A stretch of DNA of 64,000 nucleotides from Candidatus Aquidulcis sp. (GTDB lineage Bacteria; Chloroflexota; Anaerolineae; UBA4142). The position numbers and the translations under genes were made by a program. Positions 27,651 through 35,609 of this stretch are shown here, piece after piece. The notes under the pieces are model-generated. The model saw only the letters and a program-made list of their open reading frames with translations, had not been told where the DNA came from and ran no database searches. The stretch lies in NCBI GenBank assembly GCA_020723345.1, contig DYJA01000027.1, positions 794-64,793 of the forward strand, in the 5' to 3' direction. How positions within the stretch are numbered: position 1 is the first letter of the stretch; each line of letters starts with the position of its first letter.

Positions 27651-28118
27651 TCAGCGAGTGTTCATGGGCTTGCTTTTGCGCGGGGCAACCGCGCCGGCGC
27701 GTCGCGTCAACATAGTTTCCGGAACTATTGCCAAATCGGATAACCGCGTCTGGGCAAGCGTTTGATTCAATTGGGCTTGGGCAGCGCCCCACACTTGACA
27801 AGCGGCGCAGGCAGCATATTGGCGACAATCGGATGGAGTGAGCGAACAGAGGTTGAGCGCGAAGGGACCGTCAACCGCTTGAATGATTTGCAGGAGGGAG
27901 ATTTCTTGCGGAGAAGCCGCGAGCGCGATGCCGCCAGCCGCGCCGAGCGAAGTTCGCACTAAACCGGCGCGCGCGAGCAGCGGCACAATCTTCGCCAAGA
28001 AAGATGGTGGAATGTCTTGCCGTTTGGCGATGTCAGAAACGATCGTGCGCTCGGTGGACGGCTGCACCGCGATGTCCATCATCGCGCGCACGCCGTAATC
28101 CGCGCGGCGGCTCAGCAT
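27651..28118 (-). CDS. Rrf2-family transcriptional regulator, probably Fe-S binding.
   Basis: MLSRRADYGVRAMMDIA... is an Rrf2 winged-helix N-terminus. A Cys cluster, CSLTPSDCRQYAACAAC, is present. Its stop is 9 nt upstream of the hdrA-3 start. Confidence 0.85.
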   Translation of the reverse strand: MLSRRADYGVRAMMDIAVQPSTERTIVSDIAKRQDIPPSFLAKIVPLLARAGLVRTSLGAAGGIALAASPQEISLLQIIQAVDGPFALNLCSLTPSDCRQYAACAACQVWGAAQAQLNQTLAQTRLSDLAIVPETMLTRRAGAVAPRKSKPMNTR

Positions 28119-28219
28119 TGTACTCGCTCCTCCTTGAAACAAAATAGGACTAGTTCAGTCTGATTATAGCGATAGGGAGTCTGATTTGAGTTGTGAGTGA
28201 GTCAAAAATGGGTCAAAAT

Positions 28220-28246
28220 GTAGGGGCGGGGTCACCCCGCCCCTAC
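28220..28246 (-). terminator. GC-rich palindrome, a likely terminator behind the displaced folD 3' fragment.
   Basis: gtaggggcggggtcaccccgcccctac is a perfect 11-bp stem. On the minus strand it is followed by a T-rich stretch (cattttgacccattttt). Confidence 0.55.
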
Positions 28247-28254
28247 ACCATCAT

Positions 28255-28512
28255 TTAATCAACCCCACCGCGCGCTTCGCCGAAGTGCAGGTATTCTGCA
28301 TCAGCATCGCAATCGTCATCGGGCCGACGCCGCCGGGGACCGGCGTGAGCGCGCCCGCCACTTCTTTCGCGTTCTCAAAATCCACATCGCCGACGAGACG
28401 CTGTCCGCTTTTCTTCGTCGCATCCGGAATCGCGTTGATGCCGACGTCGATCACCGTCGCGCCGGGCTTGATCCAATCGGCTTTGACGAATTGCGGCTTG
28501 CCGATTGCCGCG
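28255..28512 (-). pseudogene. Duplicated 3' end of folD (last ~85 codons) without a 5' part.
   Basis: By eye, 258 bp are identical to 33706-33963. The track ORF 28251-28454 translates to the exact FolD C-terminus. Confidence 0.85.
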
Positions 28513-28520
28513 TCTGTTGC

Positions 28521-29039
28521 TCACGGACCAAACGGACCTGGGCATCCGCCTGGACCGTAAATCATCATAAATGGTGACAAGGGATGGTCAGAAAATCTCA
28601 GGTCATCAATGAAACGCGCGGAAACACCAATTGCGCTGGGCGCGGGTTCGATGACCACCCATCGGAGTTCAATAGTTCTGGATTCTCCCGGCTTGAGCTC
28701 AAGGCGCGTCAGGTCAGGGGTAAGGGGCTTGGCGTCTGACCATTTGATAATCGTACTGCCTGTCTCTGTACGATAACCGATTGACAGATCAAGGATGGAT
28801 TGATCCTTGACTTCCACCAGGTGGGTACGTGAATCTTGATTCGTCACTGTGGCACGCACAATCAACATGTCACCCGGTTCTACGCACTTGGCGCTTGCCC
28901 AGAGTTCAATCGCAATCTTGCCCCTTCCATCTTTGATTGTGACGGGGGTTGCTAGGCACGCAGACAGCGCGAAACCCAGCACAAGAATAAAGTGCATGAC
29001 GCGTTGGCAAAACAGGTTTGCTCGGTTCATTCTAGACAC
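28521..29039 (-). CDS. Putative secreted lipoprotein of unknown function.
   Basis: 172-aa ORF with a signal peptide and a lipobox-like LSAC. GC is lower than in the flanks. It lies inside the repeat-flanked insert. Confidence 0.6.
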   Translation of the reverse strand: MSRMNRANLFCQRVMHFILVLGFALSACLATPVTIKDGRGKIAIELWASAKCVEPGDMLIVRATVTNQDSRTHLVEVKDQSILDLSIGYRTETGSTIIKWSDAKPLTPDLTRLELKPGESRTIELRWVVIEPAPSAIGVSARFIDDLRFSDHPLSPFMMIYGPGGCPGPFGP

Positions 29040-29068
29040 CTAATCGATCGTCGGTTGCTGCATGATTG

Positions 29069-32000
29069 TCAAGGCGTTCGAGTTGCCGTTGAAGGCAACG
29101 GTGTAGCTGTTCTCGTGCTGGTTGGGGTGGGAGTAGGAGCGATTATCTCCGCGCGATAATCCCATACCAAGTTTGTACCAGCCGTTTGCGGATTCACAAT
29201 TTGCATCCCTACCCACTGCAGTGCGCCGCTATCGAAGTTCTGGATTGTAATCGATCCTCTCCAGTTGTTGCCTTGGTTTGTCAATGGTACAGGCAGACCG
29301 GCGGGTGCCGCATTCGGAGCAGGTGGAAAGTTGTTCCCGATCGTCCAGACTCTGACCGCGGGAGTTACAGAAGGATTAATCACCCGAACGTTCACCGCGA
29401 TCCTCAGGGCGCGCCCCTTATCCTTTGAGTTGAATCCATTGTTGAACTCAACGTAACCCGCCGCGAGCGGCTCAATTACTCCACCACCAATATTTCCTGC
29501 GGGACCAGTCACGAAACTGGTCCGTTCATCAAGTATAGGCTTGTCAGATGCGGGTCTGAAATCCGGCGGGATTTGTGGAGCATTTGCTCTCAGATCTGCT
29601 CGAATGTCAGGTGGTGGTGGATATGCCAGGAAGTAATTCGCTTCCGCGTAGGCGGGGAAGATATTGCTCATCTTCCTGCCTTGTGGCAAAACAGAATCTA
29701 TCACGGGCTTGATCGGACCGCAGTTTCCATTTGATCCGTACTGCGCCCACGTATTGCGAATAATATCTTTGTCGACCTGTCCTGGATTCAATTTCTCAAT
29801 CAGGTAGAATGGGAACAGTGGCGAGTAAGGAATACCCGTACCGCCCCATATTGGACGAGTGTCCATGTGAATCCAAGAATTGTTGAGGTGATCAGGAATA
29901 ACGGCGGTATAGCTTACATCCGTCGGGATAGCTTCATGCTGTGCCCACTGTGCCGTTGCCTCCATCCACCAGCGCAAGTCCTCATTATCATACCAGGCTT
30001 GCGACAATGGCCCCGGTAATCTCCCATACGTATTCGCGACCGGACATGCCTGTTGATAATTCCATTGAATCGCGTGGAAGTATTCGTGTGCCGCTACTGC
30101 AGCAAGATCATCCCGCCAACTCGGCGAGATCACTGTATGGTTCGTGTACGTAATCGCCGGTGCCTTCCCGGAGAGTACGGGTACGACATAGACCTGGTAT
30201 GGTCTCGGTGGGAGTGGGTAACCCAATGCGCCATACCGGGTGTAGGCAGCTTCCAAGCCGGACACCAATGTCTGCAGGAATGTTGTGACATCCTTGCCTC
30301 GGATAGCGCAATCGCCCGTCGATGAGCCGTCATAGAAGACCACGAAATTGCCAGATGTCGTAACGAATTTGTATGGAAGACGGCAATCAGCCAAGTCCAC
30401 AGGAGCAATTGGAGTTGGCAGAGGCGTGGCAGTTCGTGTTCGTGTTGCAGTTGCCGTGGCGGTCGCGGTTGGCGTGCGCGTGGGTGTGGCGGTGTTGGTT
30501 GGTGTCGCGGTTGCCGTCGCCGTTGCCGTCGGCGTGGATGTGCTCGTCGCCGTCGCGGTTGGCGTGACGGTGGGCGTGGGGGTTTGCGACGGCGTATTAC
30601 CTCTATATAACCACGTCTGGTTATCTAAACCACCATACAGTACAGTCTCTTGTCTATTTGTGTCATAGGCAAATCCATAACAGCAGCGCGATGAAGGGCC
30701 TGGAACACTGATCTGTTGCCAGTTTGTCCCGTCCCATTCCCAAGTATCATTCCGTATCGCTCCGCTATCGCCGCCGAAGATTATTGCCCTCTGGACGGCC
30801 GAGTCGAAAACCATTCGTGCGCTCTGTCGTGCTGGAGGCTTTGTAGTTGGGTTCATCTGTGTCCAGCTTGCTCCGTTCCATACCCAGGTGTCATCATAGT
30901 ATGGTCCCCATGCGCCGCCCCCAAATAGCACTACCTGTCCACGCGCGGCATCATAAGCCATTGCGCCGCCAACGCGTGCTGACGGACCAGTCGTCGCGAC
31001 TTGGGTCCAATCCAAACCATTATATTCCCAGGTGTCGGGAGATAGACTTGACACATCCGTCGTCCCTCCGCCAAATAAAACGACGCGTTGGCGAACTGGA
31101 TCATAAGCCATAGAACCATGAACTCCGCGTGGTGATGGGCGATGAGCGGTTACCATCTCTGTCCAGTCTGTGCCGTTCCATTCCCACGTGTCATTCAAAC
31201 CGGATCCATTGGGTGTTATGCCTCCAAAAAGCACAATCACTTGACGCGCCGAGTCATAGACCATACCAGCAGTCCAGCGCGCAGAAGGAGAGTGGGCAGG
31301 ATAGAGCCGCGTCCAGTTGTTGCCATTCCATACCCAGGTCTGATCGGAGGAGGTACCACCGTCCCCATAAAATGTACTCCCACCAAAAAGAACGACTTGG
31401 GCGCGTGCGGCGTCGTAAGCCATTGCAGGCCAAGCTATGCTTGGTGGTGATGAAGAAGGAAAGACTTGTACCCACGTCTTCCCCGTCACTGGCGTAGCGG
31501 TGGAAGTGCGCGTGGGGGTTTGCGACGGCGTATTACCTCTATATAACCACGTCTGGTTATCTAAACCACCATACAGTACAGTCTCTTGTCTATTTGTGTC
31601 ATAGGCAAATCCATAACAGCAGCGCGATGAAGGGCCTGGAACACTGATCTGTTGCCAGTTTGTCCCGTCCCATTCCCAAGTATCATTCCGTATCGCTCCG
31701 CTATCGCCGCCGAAGATTATTGCCCTCTGGACGGCCGAGTCGAAAACCATTCGTGCGCTCTGTCGTGCTGGAGGCTTTGTAGTTGGGTTCATCTGTGTCC
31801 AGCTTGCTCCGTTCCATACCCAGGTGTCATCATAGTATGGTCCCCATGCGCCGCCCCCAAATAGCACTACCTGTCCACGCGCGGCATCATAAGCCATTGC
31901 GCCGCCAACGCGTGCTGACGGACCAGTCGTCGCGACTTGGGTCCAATCCAAACCATTATATTCCCAGGTGTCGGGAGATAGACTTGACACATCCGTCGTC

Positions 32001-33229
32001 CCTCCGCCAAATAAAACGACGCGTTGGCGAACTGGATCATAAGCCATAGAACCATGAACTCCGCGTGGTGATGGGCGATGAGCGGTTACCATCTCTGTCC
32101 AGTCTGTGCCGTTCCATTCCCACGTGTCATTCAAACCGGATCCATTGGGTGTTATGCCTCCAAAAAGCACAATCACTTGACGCGCCGAGTCATAGACCAT
32201 ACCAGCAGTCCAGCGCGCAGAAGGAGAGTGGGCAGGATAGAGCCGCGTCCAGTTGTTGCCATTCCATACCCAGGTCTGATCGGAGGAGGTACCACCGTCC
32301 CCATAAAATGTACTCCCACCAAAAAGAACGACTTGGGCGCGTGCGGCGTCGTACGCCATTGCAGGCCAAGCTATACTTGGGGGTGATGAAGAAGGAAAGA
32401 CTTGGACCCATTGTGCCGTGCTAGCGGCTCCTGCATTGCGGATGGGTATAGGGGCTGTGCTGGCACGTCGCGTCGCCGTAGCGGTTCGAGTAGGCAATGC
32501 CGCTAGCACCCCACTACTCTTCCCGACGACCGGGCTCGGCGTGCGCGTCGCCGAAACACCCTGGACGGACCGCGCCGCCGGCACAGCCGATTGAACGGTC
32601 GGCGTGAATTCCTTCGGCGTGATAAAATCGGCGATCGTTTGCTGGGTGGTGGGACTGAGTTGATTCCAGTCCTTCAGCGCGTACAACAGCGCGGCGGTGC
32701 CTTCATCGGAAATCAGGGTGCTGGATTGAAACCGCGCGGGCAATTGTGGGCTGGCAAAGAGCGCATACACGTTGTAGAGCGTCGCCTGATCAAGTGTGAT
32801 TTCGCCACGCGCGAATGCGGCGTCAATCAGTTGATACGAATCAGGCGGAAACGAGGGCGTGGGTGTTGAGGTTTGAGTCGGCGTATTGGTTGGCGTAGGC
32901 GTGACTGTGGGCGTGCGCGTGCTGGTCGCGGTCGGCGTGGCTGTTCTGGTCGGAGTCTTCGTTCCAGTCGCCGTGGCAGTGGAGGTTGCCGTTGGCGTCG
33001 TTGTCCGCGTTCGTGTCGCGGTGTTAGTTGATGTCAAAGTCGCAGTTCGCGTTTGGGTTGGCGCTGCCGGGGTTCCTGCGCCCACACGGAACCGCAATTT
33101 CAGTGAGTTCGGACGCGCCGCGTTTCCTTCGCGCACCAACAATTCGCCGTTGTACTCTTGCTGCTTGCTATTCGCGGGAATCGTCACAGTCAGACGGACA
33201 GTGTAGGAAATACCCGCCGTGATCGTCAC
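29069..33229 (-). CDS. Giant secreted protein body: Thr/Pro-rich linkers, 2 x six-bladed Kelch-type propellers and a C-terminal HEXXH metallopeptidase-like domain.
   Basis: 1386 aa. There are twelve (V/I)(V/I/L)(F/Y)GG...W.W.G..W blades, TPT/ATA linker runs and the AAHEYFHAIQW motif. This ORF has no signal peptide; the signal is on the upstream fragment at 33168-33494. Confidence 0.8.
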   Translation of the reverse strand: MTITAGISYTVRLTVTIPANSKQQEYNGELLVREGNAARPNSLKLRFRVGAGTPAAPTQTRTATLTSTNTATRTRTTTPTATSTATATGTKTPTRTATPTATSTRTPTVTPTPTNTPTQTSTPTPSFPPDSYQLIDAAFARGEITLDQATLYNVYALFASPQLPARFQSSTLISDEGTAALLYALKDWNQLSPTTQQTIADFITPKEFTPTVQSAVPAARSVQGVSATRTPSPVVGKSSGVLAALPTRTATATRRASTAPIPIRNAGAASTAQWVQVFPSSSPPSIAWPAMAYDAARAQVVLFGGSTFYGDGGTSSDQTWVWNGNNWTRLYPAHSPSARWTAGMVYDSARQVIVLFGGITPNGSGLNDTWEWNGTDWTEMVTAHRPSPRGVHGSMAYDPVRQRVVLFGGGTTDVSSLSPDTWEYNGLDWTQVATTGPSARVGGAMAYDAARGQVVLFGGGAWGPYYDDTWVWNGASWTQMNPTTKPPARQSARMVFDSAVQRAIIFGGDSGAIRNDTWEWDGTNWQQISVPGPSSRCCYGFAYDTNRQETVLYGGLDNQTWLYRGNTPSQTPTRTSTATPVTGKTWVQVFPSSSPPSIAWPAMAYDAARAQVVLFGGSTFYGDGGTSSDQTWVWNGNNWTRLYPAHSPSARWTAGMVYDSARQVIVLFGGITPNGSGLNDTWEWNGTDWTEMVTAHRPSPRGVHGSMAYDPVRQRVVLFGGGTTDVSSLSPDTWEYNGLDWTQVATTGPSARVGGAMAYDAARGQVVLFGGGAWGPYYDDTWVWNGASWTQMNPTTKPPARQSARMVFDSAVQRAIIFGGDSGAIRNDTWEWDGTNWQQISVPGPSSRCCYGFAYDTNRQETVLYGGLDNQTWLYRGNTPSQTPTPTVTPTATATSTSTPTATATATATPTNTATPTRTPTATATATATRTRTATPLPTPIAPVDLADCRLPYKFVTTSGNFVVFYDGSSTGDCAIRGKDVTTFLQTLVSGLEAAYTRYGALGYPLPPRPYQVYVVPVLSGKAPAITYTNHTVISPSWRDDLAAVAAHEYFHAIQWNYQQACPVANTYGRLPGPLSQAWYDNEDLRWWMEATAQWAQHEAIPTDVSYTAVIPDHLNNSWIHMDTRPIWGGTGIPYSPLFPFYLIEKLNPGQVDKDIIRNTWAQYGSNGNCGPIKPVIDSVLPQGRKMSNIFPAYAEANYFLAYPPPPDIRADLRANAPQIPPDFRPASDKPILDERTSFVTGPAGNIGGGVIEPLAAGYVEFNNGFNSKDKGRALRIAVNVRVINPSVTPAVRVWTIGNNFPPAPNAAPAGLPVPLTNQGNNWRGSITIQNFDSGALQWVGMQIVNPQTAGTNLVWDYRAEIIAPTPTPTSTRTATPLPSTATRTP
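30574..32405. repeat. Near-perfect tandem duplication with a 936-bp period inside the Kelch gene.
   Basis: Six-frame ORFs at 30716/31652, 30847/31783 and 30931/31867 have identical translations at an offset of 936. Each unit encodes one six-bladed propeller plus a linker. Confidence 0.9.
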
Positions 33230-33494
33230 AAACTGGGGGGGTAATTACAAGAACGTCTTGCAAAGACGGCGTGAGCGACAGCGTCGCGTTGGTAAACGAT
33301 TCGCTGCTGGCGAACGCGACGTTTGTCGTGTAAATAGTGCCGGGGGCAATCGTCTGATCAACCGTGCCGGGCGACCAGGTGATCTTCGCGTTCGCCGCGT
33401 TCGGAATAAACGCGGATAACGCGACCAAGGAGAGAAGCGCAAGAACGAACAGAAGGACAAGGGAGTACCGTCGTGCGAGAGCATTGTAACGCAT
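33168..33494 (-). CDS. N-terminal signal-peptide fragment of the Kelch/HEXXH protein, separated from the body by a frameshift.
   Basis: MRYNALARRYSLVLLFVLALLSLVALSAFIPNAANA is a signal peptide. The frame diverges from 29069-33229 at the G7 run (33235-33241). Removing one G joins ...VLVITPQFVTITAGISY... Confidence 0.7.
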   Translation of the reverse strand: MRYNALARRYSLVLLFVLALLSLVALSAFIPNAANAKITWSPGTVDQTIAPGTIYTTNVAFASSESFTNATLSLTPSLQDVLVITPPVCDDHGGYFLHCPSDCDDSRE

Positions 33495-33701
33495 CGTGCG
33501 CCTCCAGTATATATTTTGACGTGCCGTCTTGCGTCTGCATTATCACACAAACCCAGGTCGCTGTCAAGGATTTTGCGGTTAATTTTTCTAAACCTGACTT
33601 GAACCCTTGTCCCTCTGAAACATGCGACGTGATGCGTGACCCTTCGACTTCACTTCGTTCCACTCAGGGTGCCTCACGCATCACGCATCACGTTTCACAT
33701 C

Positions 33702-34589
33702 CTACTTAATCAACCCCACCGCGCGCTTCGCCGAAGTGCAGGTATTCTGCATCAGCATCGCAATCGTCATCGGGCCGACGCCGCCGGGGACCGGCGTGAG
33801 CGCGCCCGCCACTTCTTTCGCGTTCTCAAAATCCACATCGCCGACGAGACGCTGTCCGCTTTTCTTCGTCGCATCCGGAATCGCGTTGATGCCGACGTCG
33901 ATCACCGTCGCGCCGGGCTTGATCCAATCGGCTTTGACGAATTGCGGCTTGCCGATTGCCGCGACGAGGATGTCCGCTTGGCGCACGACCTCCGGCAAGT
34001 TCCGCGTGCGCGAGTGGCAAATCGTTATCGTCGCGTTGCGGTGAAGGAGCAAGAACGCGGCGGGCAAGCCGACGATGTTCGAACGACCGAGCACGACGGC
34101 GCGCGCGCCTTCGATCTTCGTTCCGGCGGAATCAATCAAGACGATGCAGCCCGACGGCGTACACGGCACGAACAGCGGCTCGCGATTTTTCATCGCGAGG
34201 CGTCCGACGTTGATCGGATGAAAGCCGTCCACATCTTTTTCGAGCGGAACCGCGCTGAGCACAGTTTCTTGATCGAGGTGCGCAGGCAGCGGCAATTGGA
34301 TGAGGATGCCGTGGACTTGTGGATCCGCGCCGTAGCCGCGAATTACTTTTAGCAATTCGTCCTGCGGGATGTCGGCGGGCAAGTGCGCGCCCACCGAATA
34401 CATTCCCAGTTCCTGCACCATCTTTTGCTTTGAGCCAACGTACGCTTTGGACGCCGGATTATCGCCGACCAAGATCGTCGCTAGACCGGGCACGACATTG
34501 TACTTGGCTTTCAACAGCGCGGCTTCTTCTTTGACTTTTTGTTGCACCGACGCGGCAACGGCTTTTCCATCAATGAGTTTGGCGGTCAT
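33702..34589 (-). CDS. folD: Bifunctional methylene-THF dehydrogenase / methenyl-THF cyclohydrolase.
   Basis: 295 aa with LATILVGDNPAS..YV..K, HGILIQLPLP, VLGRSNIVG and [14 protein letters not shown] motifs. Confidence 0.95.
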   Translation of the reverse strand: MTAKLIDGKAVAASVQQKVKEEAALLKAKYNVVPGLATILVGDNPASKAYVGSKQKMVQELGMYSVGAHLPADIPQDELLKVIRGYGADPQVHGILIQLPLPAHLDQETVLSAVPLEKDVDGFHPINVGRLAMKNREPLFVPCTPSGCIVLIDSAGTKIEGARAVVLGRSNIVGLPAAFLLLHRNATITICHSRTRNLPEVVRQADILVAAIGKPQFVKADWIKPGATVIDVGINAIPDATKKSGQRLVGDVDFENAKEVAGALTPVPGGVGPMTIAMLMQNTCTSAKRAVGLIK

Positions 34590-34600
34590 GTTCCTCCTTC

Positions 34601-34680
34601 AAAGGATGACGGCAGAAGGATGAAGGATGAATCTTTTGGATAACGAAGTTTTCATCCTTCATCCCTCATCCCTCATCCTT
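34601..34680. repeat. Word hairpin of the aaggatga / tcatcctt family.
   Basis: Arms aaggatgacggcagaaggatgaaggatgaa and ttcatccttcatccctcatccctcatcctt lie between folD and the next co-oriented gene. Confidence 0.75.
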
Positions 34681-35563
34681 ATTGATTCAACAGATACTCG
34701 TACGCGCTTAGCGCGGCTTTGGCGCCTTCGCCGACCGCGACGAGAACTTGTTCGATGAATACGTCGGTCACGTCACCCGCCGCGAAGAGACCGGGACGCG
34801 CGGTTGCGCTTCTGCAGTTGACGGCGATGCGTCCGTTCGCATCAACAACGCCGAGATCGGCGACGATCGTGGAACCGGGCGTGAGTCCGACTTCGATGAA
34901 CAAGCCGTCCACTTTGATCGTCTTGTCGCCGACGACGATGCTTTCGACGCCTTCCGCGCCGCGCACTTCTTTCAACGGCGCTTCGAAGATTTTAACTTTG
35001 GGATTCGCGCGCAGTTTCTTGCCGAACGCGGAATCGATTTCGCCCTTGTCGGGCAGAATGAGATACACTTGCTTGGCGATGTTCGCCATTTCGGCGGCGG
35101 CTTGGAGCGCGCGCAGATTACTGCCGACAATTGCCGGTTCGCGTTCGATGAAAAGCTGCGCGTGGCTGATCGCGGAGTACGACAAGCCCTTGCCGATCAG
35201 TTGCTTTTCGCCGGGCACGTCGAGTCGTTTCGGCGCCGCGCCGGTCGCGACGATCACCGCGCGCGCTTGAAATTTTTTGTTGCTCTGCGTGTGAACTGCG
35301 TATCCATTGCCTTCGGCGACGACTTTGGTCACGCGGTCGATCTCGCGCGCAAAATTCAGGTACTCGAGTTGGCGTTTGAATTTCTCGACGACCTCGCCGC
35401 CGCGAATGACCTCGTGCCCTTCGTACCCTTTGACTTCCAGAGTATAGCCCGTTTTGCCGCCGAGGTCTTCACTGATGAGCAAAACGTTCAAGCGTTTATT
35501 GAGCGCATAGACCGCCGCCGTCAAGCCCGCCGGTCCACCGCCGATGATAATCAAGTCGTTCAT
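34679..35563 (-). CDS. Thioredoxin-reductase-like FAD protein lacking the CxxC redox centre.
   Basis: IIIGGGPAGLTAA and GLFAAGDV are FAD motifs. The position of the CxxC motif reads YSAISHA, and the second dinucleotide motif is degenerate (IVGSNLRALQAA). Confidence 0.7.
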   Translation of the reverse strand: MNDLIIIGGGPAGLTAAVYALNKRLNVLLISEDLGGKTGYTLEVKGYEGHEVIRGGEVVEKFKRQLEYLNFAREIDRVTKVVAEGNGYAVHTQSNKKFQARAVIVATGAAPKRLDVPGEKQLIGKGLSYSAISHAQLFIEREPAIVGSNLRALQAAAEMANIAKQVYLILPDKGEIDSAFGKKLRANPKVKIFEAPLKEVRGAEGVESIVVGDKTIKVDGLFIEVGLTPGSTIVADLGVVDANGRIAVNCRSATARPGLFAAGDVTDVFIEQVLVAVGEGAKAALSAYEYLLNQ

Positions 35564-35609
35564 ACGATTCTCCTTTGGTTGACTGTTCGATAAATTGGGC
35601 GAGCCGATT

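Noticed and set aside
28251-28454. A 67-aa ORF that could be called as an independent gene.
   Set aside because: It is the exact C-terminus of FolD, copied within the 258-bp duplication. It was treated as a displaced gene fragment.
28513-33705. Calling the repeat-flanked insert a bona fide integrative mobile element or prophage remnant.
   Set aside because: It contains no integrase, transposase, excisionase or phage genes. Only the flanking direct repeat supports mobility, so it is reported as a finding and not annotated as a mobile element.
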